Source: Chromera velia
Lineage: Eukaryota
DNA: 49,015 bases
Assembly: GCA_018398765.1 (NCBI GenBank)
Contig: JAHBMJ010000384.1
Span: forward strand, 1-49,015
Reading direction: 5' to 3'
Positions 23,181-35,445 of this stretch are shown in pieces; the stretch's first letter is position 1; each line of letters opens with the position of its first letter. The notes below the pieces were generated by a model, which saw only the letters and a program-made list of their open reading frames with translations, was not told the DNA's origin and made no database searches. Position numbers and translations under genes: made by a program.

Positions 23181-24884
23181 CGGTGCGCTGCTAGAAGCTT
23201 GTCACCCAAAAGGCAGCTGTATACTGGGCAGCTGTATACTGATCGAACACTGGATTCCAAACAATGGCAGATAGACATAGTAGCTAGCACAAAAGCACCC
23301 TCTTCAAATTTGATCCAATTTTTTTAATGATGCATCCCCGAACCGTCAGAAAATTTACTCAACCAGCCAACCAACTTTTGGTTAGAGGGCATTTGTATAT
23401 TTCTGAATCAAAATGTGTCATTCCCCGTGGTTCTGGCGACAGTAACGTTCAATTAAACTGTCTGTGTGGAATTTGTTGATGCCGACGTATTGGAAAAGAA
23501 GCTACCCGCGGCCTCAATTCTTTATCACCTTCTGTGAAGCAAACTTCAGATTCATACCGCGTGTGCAGACTGAAGCATCGACAGTTGTCCGTCTCCAGAA
23601 GTCGACAGAACAGAGAGAGCGATGAATCCCTCATGCAAGCTCTGCTTTCTGACCGGATTTGCTTGGACGTCTGGGGGCTCAATGGGGGGGGTAGTCGAGC
23701 CCGCTTGAGCGTGGAGACGAAAGGAGTATCAAACAGCCTGCACCTTTACTCGAATGACACCTTTGTCCCGAACAGACCGTCTCCGTTTTCTGACCAAACA
23801 GAGAGCAACTGTGGGAAGGTCGCAGACCCTACCGGGGAGTCTCTAGGGTGTGAGGATCTATCTCCAAAACCCCAACCGGTACAAGCAAGCCATGGCACCT
23901 CGGGTGGGCCAAGCTGTCCATGAGTGATACTGGATACGTTGTGTTCTGCATGGAAATATTTCTTTGCGCCGTCTCCTTTGTTTCTGCAGTCGCTGTAGAC
24001 CTCGAACTCCTTCCTGCGGGTCAAGATCACCACACAGAGCCGTTCCGAGCCCAATCAGATTAACTGGGGGTCTGCTGGAGTCCGACGCAGACTCCCTCCG
24101 GAGGGCGGAGTTGCCGTGCCCAATGCCTTCCACTCTGGAGAGATTCCAAAGAGGTCCGCCAGGCAGGCAGGCAGGCATCTGGGTGGAGGCTCCAGTTGCG
24201 TGTGACCTTCGGACCCCCCCCAAGTTCTGTCGTACAAATGACTTTTTTTCGTGCAGGGTGCTTTCTAGGATGCATCCTGTCGCACCACAGCCATCAATTT
24301 GATCTTCCACCCCAATAAGATATCAACGTGAACACATTCATATGTTCTTTCGGTGTTTCGTTTTCAACCCAGTTGCTTGCCTAGCTCTCTTTCTGGCTTT
24401 CAATGTGCATAGGCAGGGTGACGTAGTGCTGGAACAGAAAATCCTCTCGTGCTTTCTGCCAGGGGTCGTGCAGTCCTTCAGTCCGTGCGCTCCTGCCCGC
24501 CCTCTCTGGTCGCTTTTTCTTTTCGGTTTGCGTTCAACTGCTGGCCTTTCATTCTTCTCTTCTCTTCTCTTCTCTTCTCTCTCTTGCGACCGCGCAGGAA
24601 CCTGACGGTGAGTCGAGCGGTCTCTTTCTTTATAACGAAACATTGTAGAGTGGTCTCCTGAAGCATAGAGGGAACTCAAGAGAGCCGTTGCAAGAGAAAC
24701 AAAGAAAGAAGAGGAAACCGCAAAGAATGTTCCTTTGTCTACGAAATCCTCTGCTTGCAAGCGGAAGAGAAGGCAAGAGGCACTATGTCTGTTCCCTCTT
24801 GTCTTTTTTCTTTTATCAAGCGCTTTACGTCTTCTGCTCCTTGTAGACTTCGTTTCGGAGAAATGAAACTGTGTTGACGTGATC

Positions 24885-24897
24885 TCTGTCTCTCCCT

Positions 24898-24932
<35 letters not shown>
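24885..24932. repeat. (CT)n microsatellite
   Basis: Directly visible. Confidence 0.9.
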
Positions 24933-24937
<5 letters not shown>

Positions 24938-25745
24938 GAGATGTGTGTATAAGCATTTCTTCTGTTCCTGCCTGTTTGCCTTCTTGCTGTTTCCGTGTGC
25001 AGATTCTTGAGGTGGGCACGGCGGCTTTCGAGAAGAGTCTTCTCTGTTCTTTGCCGCACCCAGAGAAGCTCAGGTTGATCTGTCTTCGGAGTGTGACTGA
25101 TTGGAGAGAGGTCGGCAGGTGTTGCAGTGTGGCTGCAGTTCCCGAGTTTGAACGATTGAGGTTCTCAGTGGAGACCGTAGACCTCTGTCACGAGCCTGTG
25201 CACGGAGGCGTCAACCAAAATGGGTGGGTGGGTGGGTGCAGGGGGATTGGCTCATTGTGCATACATTGTGGAATGGAATGATGTGCATGAGGCCTGCCAC
25301 GAGCCTGCAGAGGGAAAGGCGAAACGTACTGTAGGCGCTTTCATGGATCTCTCTCTCCCCTCTCTCCCCCCGTCTCTTTGTCTGTCCTGTTTCTTTCTTT
25401 CGTTCTTTCGTTCTGTCTATTTGTAGTCTGTTTGTTTTCTGAATGTTTTTTGGGGGGGGCGATAGATCACCTCTCCGCCTCTGTCAGTTCGAAATTCTGG
25501 AGAGGTGGGGGGGGGATCTGGGCACTTCAACTCAGTATTTGCTTGCCTTCGATGGGCTGAGATGAGAGGAGTTTCGGTACTTCCTTGTACTATGTCACCT
25601 GATTCCTGATGAGCGTCTTTCCAGCACAAGAAAGACAGATCTGGGGCGCCCTCTGCATCTCTTTCGTTTATGTCCTTTGACTCTCTCTCAACGCTTTTCC
25701 TTCAACCAGGCAGTCGATTACCTTCAGTAAGTATGGTCAGACAGG

Positions 25746-26816
25746 TCACAGGTCCAGGCACAAAACGCGGGACCACTTCTGTGCCCTTGAATCGAAATTC
25801 CGCCATCCACCTGTTTCTCTTCTGCGTGTGCCCGCAGAGTTCCCCTTCATCACAGCGGGGGCACCTGGCAAGACGTGAGCTCGATAGTCGAGTTTGGGAT
25901 GCATGCCGCGATGTTGGAGCTCTTCTTCGCGCGGTTGTCCCGAGAGAAGGGAAGAGGGCCTCGGCTGATCAGGTGGACGCAGCATTCGCTCCTTGGGATT
26001 CCTGACAGAAAGGCCGCACTTCAACAGGGAGTGGTGCCTCTGTGGGGAATGACAGAGGAAGAAAGGGGGCAATTGGCCTCTTGGGCAGACAGTGTGTGTG
26101 GGAGGCACACGGAAGATGAAGCGGGTGTCTATTTAGCTCCCACCCGGACTGTTGCTTCGGTTGTCAGTCGTCTAGCAGAGAGAGCGAGAGCACCGATTGG
26201 ACAAGAGCGTTTGGGTTGGGGTGCGTTGGATGTGAGTCCTTTTGACTTTGTTGAGCAGATAGGGATTGAACTGGTGGGCGTCATATCAGAAAGCAGAGCA
26301 TCCCCATTCTTGCCTATCGCGCTGCCGTTGTCCTTTCAAGTGAAGTCGATTGGTACTTTGAGCTTCACTTGTGAAAACGTCTGAAAGGCGAAATTGAAAG
26401 AGGGGCCGTCGCTCTGCCCCCCTTCTTGGTGACCCCCCGGGCCCCCCACATTGATTTGATGACTCTGGATGATAACAGCGAGACCACGGGAGAAATCCTG
26501 CTGGGGTGTGTCTTTGGGAGTTGTCGGGGGGTGGGTCACTCGTACGCAGCGGCACGGTGTGTGTCAGGCTTCTTATCCGAGTCCTCGAAGAGTGCTGTAT
26601 CTCAAAACGGAGCCTTTCCAAACCCTTCGCCGAGTTGGTCAGCCTTTCCCGTCGCAGTTGAAGGTCTTGAGGGGCGCGGTAAAGGTGAGGAGGGAGGGAG
26701 CTTAGAGAGCCGGCAGATTCCCTCACACGTTCAGTGTCGTCGCCTTGCAGAGGCAGTAGGGGCAGTAGAGGTGAGGGACTCTCGCTGGCTTCCTGCTGGC
26801 TGGCAGCAGACTCCAC
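25746..26816 (-). pseudogene. Possible disrupted low-complexity coding sequence
   Basis: ORFs 26286..26816 and 25746..26108 share a frame and are separated by three stops (26286-88, 26172-74, 26133-35). No recognisable domain. Confidence 0.25.
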
Positions 26817-28056
26817 TCGGAACCGGTCCTCTCACAGTTCGCATTCAAGAAAGCGGTTTATGATTTGATTGAAATTGATTCACTTCAAATGGCAGAAACT
26901 TGCCGGTGCGATTCGGTGCGAATGGTTGGATGTGTGTCTTAATTCTCTAAAATCATAGAACGACTGAACTCAAAAGGTCCTGTAGACAGTCCCAAAGCCT
27001 CTATTCATAGTCAAATTCAGGTTTTATGCACGAAGTTCTGTACGTATACGTATAAACAATGTCATAGTAATGTATTTATGTAACATTGCTTGAAATTTTA
27101 CGATCATGCCAGTGATCATGTCAGAGAGGAAGACTTATAAATGACTGGGTAAATCTCTAGCTGAAGGGTCTAGTGAAGGGTAGTATCATAACCATGCATG
27201 AATCTAAAAGTTTATCATTTTTTTATAGAGTTATCGCTCAGTTCGTTTTAGTTTCTCAAATCACTGCATGTAGGAATTTAATTAGCTTTCCAAATTACTT
27301 TAGTTTACGAATAATTAGTATTTTAAATTCCTTTAAATTACTTTAAATTACTAAACTAAATTACTCTAAATTACTTTAAATTACCCATGATGTAACTAAT
27401 TTACTAGCTACTAATTTAAATTACTCGATCAAACTTGTAGGGTATATATGGAGTATGCAGGGGGGCGGGTATTATAGGCATAGACGAAGTTAGAAATACT
27501 AAGAAGCTAATAGAAGCTAAAAAGATTCAAAAACTGTTCAAAAGAATGAGATTCTAGAAAATGTTAAATCTAAAAGTGTACAAAATGGAATTCTGCCAAC
27601 GTGTATTTGCGAGTCAAGTTAACGTTGCAACTTGCGACGTTCTAGCTTACAACTTTTAAATTATTGGTACGCAATGACCGTTTGCGTGCTGTTGTTTTGA
27701 AACCTTCGAGCTGATCGACAGGTGTTCCATGCATGCATGGCGCTACTAGGCATGGCGTCTCCACATCGTCTCCACAAACGCTAGCACAAATGTGTTGCTG
27801 GACCCCTCTCAACCTCTTTCCCCCCTCTCGAAGGCGCTTGAAAGTCTTGCACGCGAACAGTTTAGTACCTTGTGTGCGTATGCGTGTCACATCTCTGTGT
27901 CTATGGAGTCATCTTTTACAGCTAGAAGACAGCAGGATGTGTCTTTCTGTCTATGCATTCAATCAAGGCATTCAATTGGATGCTTCTGAATCACAGTTAA
28001 AAAAGAGCAAGTCTCTCTGTTTGTGGATTCAACAGTGCGCTGAGGGTGCCTCCAAA

Positions 28057-29107
28057 TTAAGGCTTCAAGTTGAGGAGCTTTTGCGTGTACTTCTCAGAAA
28101 TCTTCTTTTTGTCCTCGGTCAGCAGTCCAGCGGGGACAGAGAGGGTCTGGACGGGGTGTTTGAACTTCTTCATGGTCGACCAGAAGAGAACCATATACCT
28201 GGCCTTTTTTCGAACAACTTCAAAGACCGTCGTCTTCGGGGGGGCTTTGTGTTCGTCGATATGGTTGATGATGTTGTCAACCTTTGAATTCTGTTTTTTC
28301 ACTGCAAGTGGGCACTTTTTGACAACCTCGTTCTCCGTGAGCCTCAGGGTGCAGTCATTCGTATTCCTGCAAACATGTAAGTTCGCACGCTTCCAGAAAC
28401 AGAGCAGTATAATGCAGAACAGGGCTTTGCACATACACATCGTGCAGTTGAGTTTGGGTCTCGGGCTTTGCGAAGGTGCAGTGCAATACACAAAATCAAA
28501 AGAGATCCGTGTGGGCTTTGCATTTCGCGATGCAGAGAAGAAACACCAACCCAGGGCTTTATGTGCAGTGCGATGCGGGCTTTGCAGACGTGGTGCGATA
28601 GAGCGTGCATACATCCGGGGCTTTGCAAAAGGGCGTTGCAGAAGAAGCAGAAGACTTCGGGGCTTTGCGCCCTTTGCGGTGCGTGGACTTGCACGGGGAC
28701 TCTGGGCTTTACGCTGCGTGCAACGTACATACTGATGTTATCTGATGAGCGCACCTGCCGGTGTAGACGGGTTTTGACGTTGTGAAGTCGATCGCAATGC
28801 CCTCCTTCAGTGCCGCTGGAATGTCATGCTCGCAGAGCACCACGCTTTTGATGAGGTCTACCTGATTCGCCTCGCGCGCAGAGAGGATGTCGGTTATTTC
28901 TGGGATAGAGGTGTCAAAGTGGACGAATAGATTGTCAAGCAGGTTGTCGGAGGAGAGAATTTCAATGAGGGAAGTCGTTGTGAGACCAGCCTTCTTTTTT
29001 GCGTAGGCAAGGCACCAAATGGCCGAGCGTCTATCGACTTTATACCCACTTATCTTGGTCATCTTTTCGACAACTTGGTCGAGCCGTGCATTTATTGTGT
29101 GGGTCAT
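28057..29107 (-). CDS. Hypothetical protein (~220 aa, 2 exons), probably associated with a mobile element; may be truncated
   Basis: Exons 29107-28755 and 28366-28057 join in phase across a GTGCGC...TTTGCAG intron (...KPVYTGR/NTNDCTLRL...). Composition looks globular. Flanked by AT-rich decay and minisatellites. Confidence 0.45.
28420..28715. repeat. Dispersed GGGCTTTGC motif cluster inside the predicted intron 28367-28754
   Basis: About 9 exact or near copies in one orientation, separated by non-repeating sequence of variable length. Confidence 0.8.
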
Positions 29108-29912
29108 ATGGTTTGCCAACGCGAGAGTCTGTCCAAGTCTCTGATCATTATATAGTCTGCTGAGACTTGTGCGAAACGAATCCAAGAATGTCAAGAGCCA
29201 AAAGCAACTCCAGCTCCACAACCGTCCACAACAGATCCAATTGAAAGCCCCAAACTCCGCAACCGAACACAGAACAAGAAGGCAAGCAGGGTAAAGAAGA
29301 GGAGCATCACCACATTTTGTATATATATACGCACATTTGCAATGATATATATATATATATATATACAATTAAAAGAGAATGCATGCAAAAAACATGCATG
29401 CATGCATGGGAATATTTTTGACCTTATGCCGGGGCCCATGGAGGGCCTCGGTTCTTGTCTAGATCTGATCCGTCACGCATGCCGGGCTCCGTGCGAACGG
29501 TCGCGAGAAAACAATCCCTCCGCGCACAACATGCAGAGAGAAACGTGCCCCTCAAGCAATATGTGCGGGACGCCAATGCATGGCACAAGAGATCGATCTC
29601 GGCCACGCAAATGCATTCAATTAAGCTATAGGATCTTCGATGGCAAAAAAGAACTGGTATGGGACAGACATAGCTGCATATTCTCCTGTACATCTGGAGG
29701 ATAGAGGTAACAGGCCTACCAGTAGGTCCAAATTTGCAGTCAATCCTGCGTCTGTGCATGCAGCTAAGCAGCAGCTTTTTGACTGACCTTGCTACGAGAA
29801 TTAGTGAACTCTGCATGCACAGTTCAATCAAGCTTCTGTCTGGACACGTGGTGAGAGAATCAAATCTTCAGGCCAGAAGTCCTGTATGAAGATAAACACG
29901 CAGACGTTGAAC

Positions 29913-30552
29913 TTCTCTCCACTTTCACCTTTCCTGCTTGAATGACGGCCTCTCCACCTCCATCTTTCTGTCTGTTTGCATGACGGCCTCTCCACTTCCA
30001 TCTTTCTGTCTGTTTGCATGACGGCCTCTCCACTTCCATCTTTCTGTGTGTTTGCATGGCGGCCTCTCCACTTTCATCTTTCTGTCTGTTTGCGTGACGG
30101 CCTCTCCACTTTCATCTTTCTGTCTGTTTGCATGACAGCCTCTCCACTTTCATCTTTCTGTCTGTTTGCACGACAGCCTCTCCACTTCCATCTTTCTGTC
30201 TGTTTGCATGACGGCCTCTCCACTTTCATCTTTCTGTCTGTTTGCATGACGGCCTCTCCACTTCCATCTTTCTGTCTGTTTGCATGACGGCCTCTCCACT
30301 TTCATCTTTCTGTCTGTTTGCATAGCGCCTCTCCGCTTCCATCTTTCTGTCTGTTTGCATGGCGCCTCTCCACTTTCACCTTTCTGTCTGTTTGCATGGC
30401 GCCTCTCCACTTTCGTCTTTCTGTCTGTTTGCACGACGGCCTCTCCACCTCCATCTTTCTGTCTGTTTCCATGACAGCCTCTCCACTTCCATCTTTCTGT
30501 CTGTTTGCATGACGGCCTCTCCACTTTCATCTTTCTGTCTGTTTGCATGACG
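29913..30552. repeat. 38-bp minisatellite, array 1 (~16-17 units)
   Basis: Unit gcatgacggcctctccactt(t/c)catctttctgtctgttt, with some 37-bp variants. Confidence 0.97.
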
Positions 30553-30948
30553 GCATCGCACGCATCCGCATAACGCATTTTTTAATTTTTTGGAGGGGGA
30601 TTCGGTTCTGTCTCCGTCACGGTCGGTGTCGCCCAAATTCCACAATGTGCCCCTCAAGCAACTCGCACGGAGCTGCGATCGTATTATGATATTGTATACA
30701 TACTTCGCTCTTCATAATACGTGCCCCTCAAGTAACTCGCACGGAGTTAATTATATATATGTTCATGCGCGGTCCTGAAAAACATATTAAATTTTTGCGT
30801 ACATTGCCGTGGCCCCCACCATTTGCCCATGCATGCATTGTAGGTAAGACATGCCCAAGCCCCTGATGGTTTTCATCATGCAATCAAATTATGGCCGACC
30901 CCCTAAATGGCCCCCTGAGGCACTCACCCAACTAGTTGGGTATATCTC

Positions 30949-31400
30949 GTTTGCATGGCGCCTCTCCACTTTCATCTTTCTGTCTGTTTGCATGACGCCT
31001 CTCCACTTTCATCTTTCTGTCTGTTTGTACGACGGCCTCTCCACCTCCATCTTTCTGTCTGTTTCCATAACAGCCTCTCCACTTCCATCTTTCTGTCTGT
31101 TTGCATGACGGCCTCTCCACTTCCATCTTTTTGTCTGTTTGCATGACAGCCTCTCCACTTCCATCTTTCTGTCTGTTTGTATGGCGGCCTCTCCACTTTC
31201 ATCTTTCTGTCTGTTTGCACGACGGCCTCTCCACCTCCATCTTTCTGTCTGTTTCCATGACAGCCTCTCCACTTCCATCTTTCTGTCTGTTTGTATGATG
31301 GCCTCTCCACTTCCGTCTCTCTGTCTGTTTGTATGACGGCCTCTTCACTTCCATCTTTCTTTCTTTCTTCTTGCACGACGGCCTCTCCACTTTTATATTC
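30949..31400. repeat. 38-bp minisatellite, array 2 (~11-12 units), decaying rightwards to ~31680
   Basis: Same unit as array 1, with more gcat>gtat type changes towards the right end. Confidence 0.95.
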
Positions 31401-32148
31401 CCATCTTTCTTTTTTGCTTGCTTGGTGGGTCTCTACTTTCTTCTGTCGTGCGTTGTCGAACATGACGACTCTCCACTTTTGTCTATCTTGCCGGCTTGTA
31501 TAACTACTTTCCGCTAGCTTCCATCTTTTCTGCCTGCGTGTTAAAGGCCTCTTCAGTTTCATCCTATCTGCTAGCCTGTCTACTTACAGAAAGTCTGATT
31601 CACTTTCATCTTCCTTGTCTCCTCCTAGGTCTCCTCACATAAGGACCTTTCAATCTTTATTTTTCTTGTCTGTCTGCGTGTATGACCCCTCATTGGAACA
31701 AACAATATACTCTAAATCTCGTCTGGTTGATAATTCCGTACAAAAGCTGACGTCTATTCCAGTTTCATTCCTCTAGTTCATTTCTCTGGTTTTCTTTTTT
31801 GTTTTCATCTAGGTTTTCATATGCTTGGATGCTGGCTTTTCCTGGACCACAGAGAATGTTTTTGTCTTCCTAAAATATGAAATTCAAAACAAAATTATTT
31901 GAAGGAGGATGGAGGATGGAGGATGGAGTTTACAATATTTGAACAAAAAACAACAAAGACTTCCTCACAAGGAATTTCTAGCAGAATTTTTAACATATAT
32001 ATGTACCACTGTGGGTAATTTACCAAATTTTGAATACTTTTGACAAAAATAGATAAAGAACTTTGAAAAAAAAAAATGATAGAACTTAAAATGGTTTGAA
32101 TAGTTATGAATGCTTGTGGAATAGTATAAGAACAAACCAAAACTCGTA

Positions 32149-32266
32149 TATATGAAGATAAACATGTAAACATTGAACTTCTCTTCACTTTTATCTTTTG
32201 TGCTTGAATAACGAACTCTCCACTTCTATCTTTCTGTCTGTTTGCACGATAGTCTTTCCACTTTCA
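32149..32266. repeat. Heavily mutated copy of the start of minisatellite array 1 (29883-30000)
   Basis: Ungapped manual alignment over 118 bp including the unique leader tatgaagataaaca. Confidence 0.9.
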
Positions 32267-32900
32267 TTATCCAAACTCCAGACTCCAGACAGTCTTTTTA
32301 TAAGACGGCCCTGAGGATTAATACTAAGAGGCTTTGGTCTAAACGATTTTTTGCTGGGCCCCGGCATGCCACTGGAGCCTGTGCCCTAATGAATTGGGAG
32401 TTGAATTGGGCGTCAAATTGGTAGTACTACCAATTTTTTACCGCCAGTAAATCCCAATTTTAAAAAATTGGTACCTAGTCTAGTGAAAGAAGTACATGGA
32501 GTTTGAAGCTAAAGTTTTGTGTACAGGCTAGACAGAGGCTCACTAGTCTCTAGCCGCAGTCATTAGAGTCCAATTTTAATTATTACTAGGAACAAATTCT
32601 ATGAACACTTAGAGTCACCTAAAAATTGGGAGTTACCAATTTTTTTCTAGGACTAACTACCAATTTTTAAGAAAATCAACACCCAATTTTTTTTTTTTGA
32701 CTACTAATTTTATAACTTCTCCTAGAAAGTAAAATATATATGGAAAGAAAGAACGCTGTAATAGAATAGTGTTGCGGCTGTACAGAACTTCATAAATCCA
32801 TAAGTTTTGTATAGTTTCATAATGTTATTCATGCTCGAAGTCCCTCTCGGCGTGACACATCGGTAAAATATGCTTGCATGGCTTTCTTTCTCTTGCATAA

Positions 32901-33305
32901 CTACGTAAAAACCAGATCTTCCAGAATAAAATGATCATATGAATAACGTTCCCCCTGTAGGATAAAATGTTTGCAAACCTTCTTATGATATGATTCAAAG
33001 CCGTAGTATTTCACTATGTTCAACCCCCCAAACCGGTCGATCCACACCGGGAAGTGCGAGTAGAAATGAGTCTTTGGGACCGCCCACCCATAAGACTTCC
33101 AAAAAAGGTCTTGCCAAGTCTTTATCACCGTCTTCAGCTCTGCAAGTTTCTCATCCGTGATTGAACCTGTCAATGTGGAAAAGATCCACGAATGCAAGTA
33201 AAAAAAACAAGCAGGAGGGTTCTCTACAACAAAAATGCCTGGGCACCTTTTTTCCATGAACTCAACTACGTGAGGGAAAACGTGTCTGACATCTGCAGCC
33301 CCCAA
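32901..33305 (-). pseudogene. CACTA/EnSpm (CMC superfamily)-like transposase fragment
   Basis: PKTHFYSHFPVWIDRFGGLNIVKYYGFESYHK fits the PKxH...H.P..I.RFGP......FE..H motif around the catalytic Glu of CMC transposases. Flanks are full of stop codons. Confidence 0.65.
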
Positions 33306-34148
33306 TTTAATCTTGAAATTTTTGAAAGGTGGCCAAGACGTGTTCCTGTAGTATATTAACTAATCATTCTTGACGGCTTTCAAATAGTCGGGTTAGGCTT
33401 TTAAGCTGGTAGTCACTGAACAATTCAAGTAACAACTTTTCAAGGTTTTGGCCATCGACGGTAGTAAAACAAAGATACAAATGATTGTTACTCCCCAAGA
33501 ATAGCAAAGATGGTACTGATTAAACCGCTAATCAGGATTTTTGTGTACGCTTCCAATTTTGACCAGGCTTGGTTTCCCGAGGAGTGGGTTTAAATTTCAA
33601 AGGCATATAAAACAGGTCGGCTCACGTTAATAAAACATGATATAGCTCCACCAGCTAGTATTCATATTTAGATAAAGAAAGTCATTTTATATTATGTGTT
33701 ACACTCAGATATCAAATGATTTCTTTGCATATAAAGCTCTTGATACATGAATGAATAGTAATGCAAGCTGTCGAGTAATTAAAACACTAGCAAGCTCCCA
33801 TTATTTTTCTGAAAAATGCTTCTAATTTACTTAACTGAGTGATAAAACTTTCTTCATTACCACTCCTTTACTTATATTCCCACAAAGATAAAATGTCTGG
33901 ATCGTCTTCTCTACATTTTTAAAAAAATGCCTCAAATTTACTTAATTGGGTAACAAAACTTTTGTTAAATAAGATTTTTATTGTTCAAGAATTTGACGTA
34001 TTTTTACTTACTACCACATGTATGGTATCGCTGATGGCAAGGTGATGGTGATGATGATAAAAAGGTTCAGTCCAGGTAAAGCAAGCTTTGTAAGCCACGA
34101 CCTTTAGACAAGCCGATATGCGCATGCAAAGGAGGGGGACTCTTGATT

Positions 34149-34640
34149 AGGTAATTACCTGATTTTCCTAGGTAACTACCCATGGAAATTATAGATGATT
34201 ACTTGTTTGTCTTTTAGTATGGCTAATTACCTGTTGGTCGTATGGTATGACTGGGTAATTACCTGATTTTCCGAGGTAACTACACATTGAAATTAGGTGA
34301 TTACCTGTTTATATCCTTCAGTATTACTAGATAGTAACCTGATTTCCCTAGGTGACTATCCATTGAAATTGGGTGATTACTTGTTTATCCTTCAGCATGG
34401 CTTAGAATTACCTGATTTTTCTAGCTAGCTGCCTATTTAAATTAGGTGATTACCTGTTAGTTTTATAGTATGACTGGGTAATTACCTAATTTCTTTAGGT
34501 AGCTGCCTATTCAAATTGGGTGATTACCTGTTAATCTTATGGTATGGCTAGGTAATAACCTGATTTATCCAGGTAAGTGCTCATTGAAATTAGGTGATTA
34601 CCTATTTGTCCTTCAGGATAGCTAAGTAATTACCTGAGTT
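34149..34640. repeat. ~74-bp degenerate tandem repeat (6-7 units) built on the palindrome GGTAATTACC
   Basis: Recurring ggtaattacctgattt...aggtaactac...gaaattaggtgattacctgtt units. Confidence 0.85.
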
Positions 34641-34765
34641 TTAAATTTATAGTAGCTGCCTATTAGACATCTGATAGAAATAAAGGAGATGTAGATAAAA
34701 ACAGGGAGGGGGGGGAAGGGATTTGACAGTGGGGTTGAAGATGCCTCTATCTTTTTGTGAGTATG

Positions 34766-35250
34766 AATAAAAATGCGGTAAATTCTTGAAAACCAAACAT
34801 CTCATTTGAAAAAAAGTTTTGACAGTTGGTTGAGTAAATTGGAGTGGTTTTTCAGAAAAGTGAAAGAAGAGGATGTGATGTAACATACACAGTTCCCTCC
34901 AAAGTGAAACCACAGTAACACTACTTCCCACTGCATCTTTTCTGGTAGGTTATTCCCTCTAAAGTACTGTAACACTGTATCTTTCTTAGTCAGTTATTCC
35001 CTCCAAAATAAAACCATGGTAACACTACTTTAGTGGGTTTCTTTCACGCGGGTAGCCCTAGTTATAGCTCTGAAATATGCAAGAATCGCGTAACCATGCT
35101 GCGTGGATATGGATAAAAATGCGGTAAATTCTTGAAAACCAAAAATCTCATTTAAAAAAAGTTTTGACAGTTAGTTGAGTAAATTGGGTTCGTTTTTCAG
35201 AAAAGTGAAAGAAGAGGATGTGATGTTCCCTCTAAATTGAAACCACGGTA
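34766..35250. repeat. ~115-bp direct repeat pair (about 34766-34881 and 35113-35226)
   Basis: ataaaaatgcggtaaattcttgaaaacc...agaaaagtgaaagaagaggatgtgatgt occurs twice with few substitutions. Confidence 0.9.
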
Positions 35251-35445
35251 AAGATTAGCACAGTCACCCTCCTGGAGCCCCTCTTTTTCAATTTTGTCTC
35301 TGAGTCTGTTCAAGAGAACCATAATGACTTTTATTTTTTCTTAGATTTTTTCGATCATATTCTGCATGCCCTTCAACAAATTAGGCCGCATGTGGACTTT
35401 ATGCGAGGAGAGAAAAGAAAGGAGTGGTGCATGAGAGATAATATA

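Noticed and set aside
28420..28715. GGGCTTTGC repeat-spacer pattern as CRISPR-like
   Set aside because: The repeat is only 9 bp, spacing is irregular and there is no associated nuclease gene.
29913..31400. 38-bp repeats as a CRISPR array or repeat protein
   Set aside because: Units are head-to-tail with no unique spacers, there are no cas genes and the context is eukaryotic. 37/38-bp units do not hold a reading frame.
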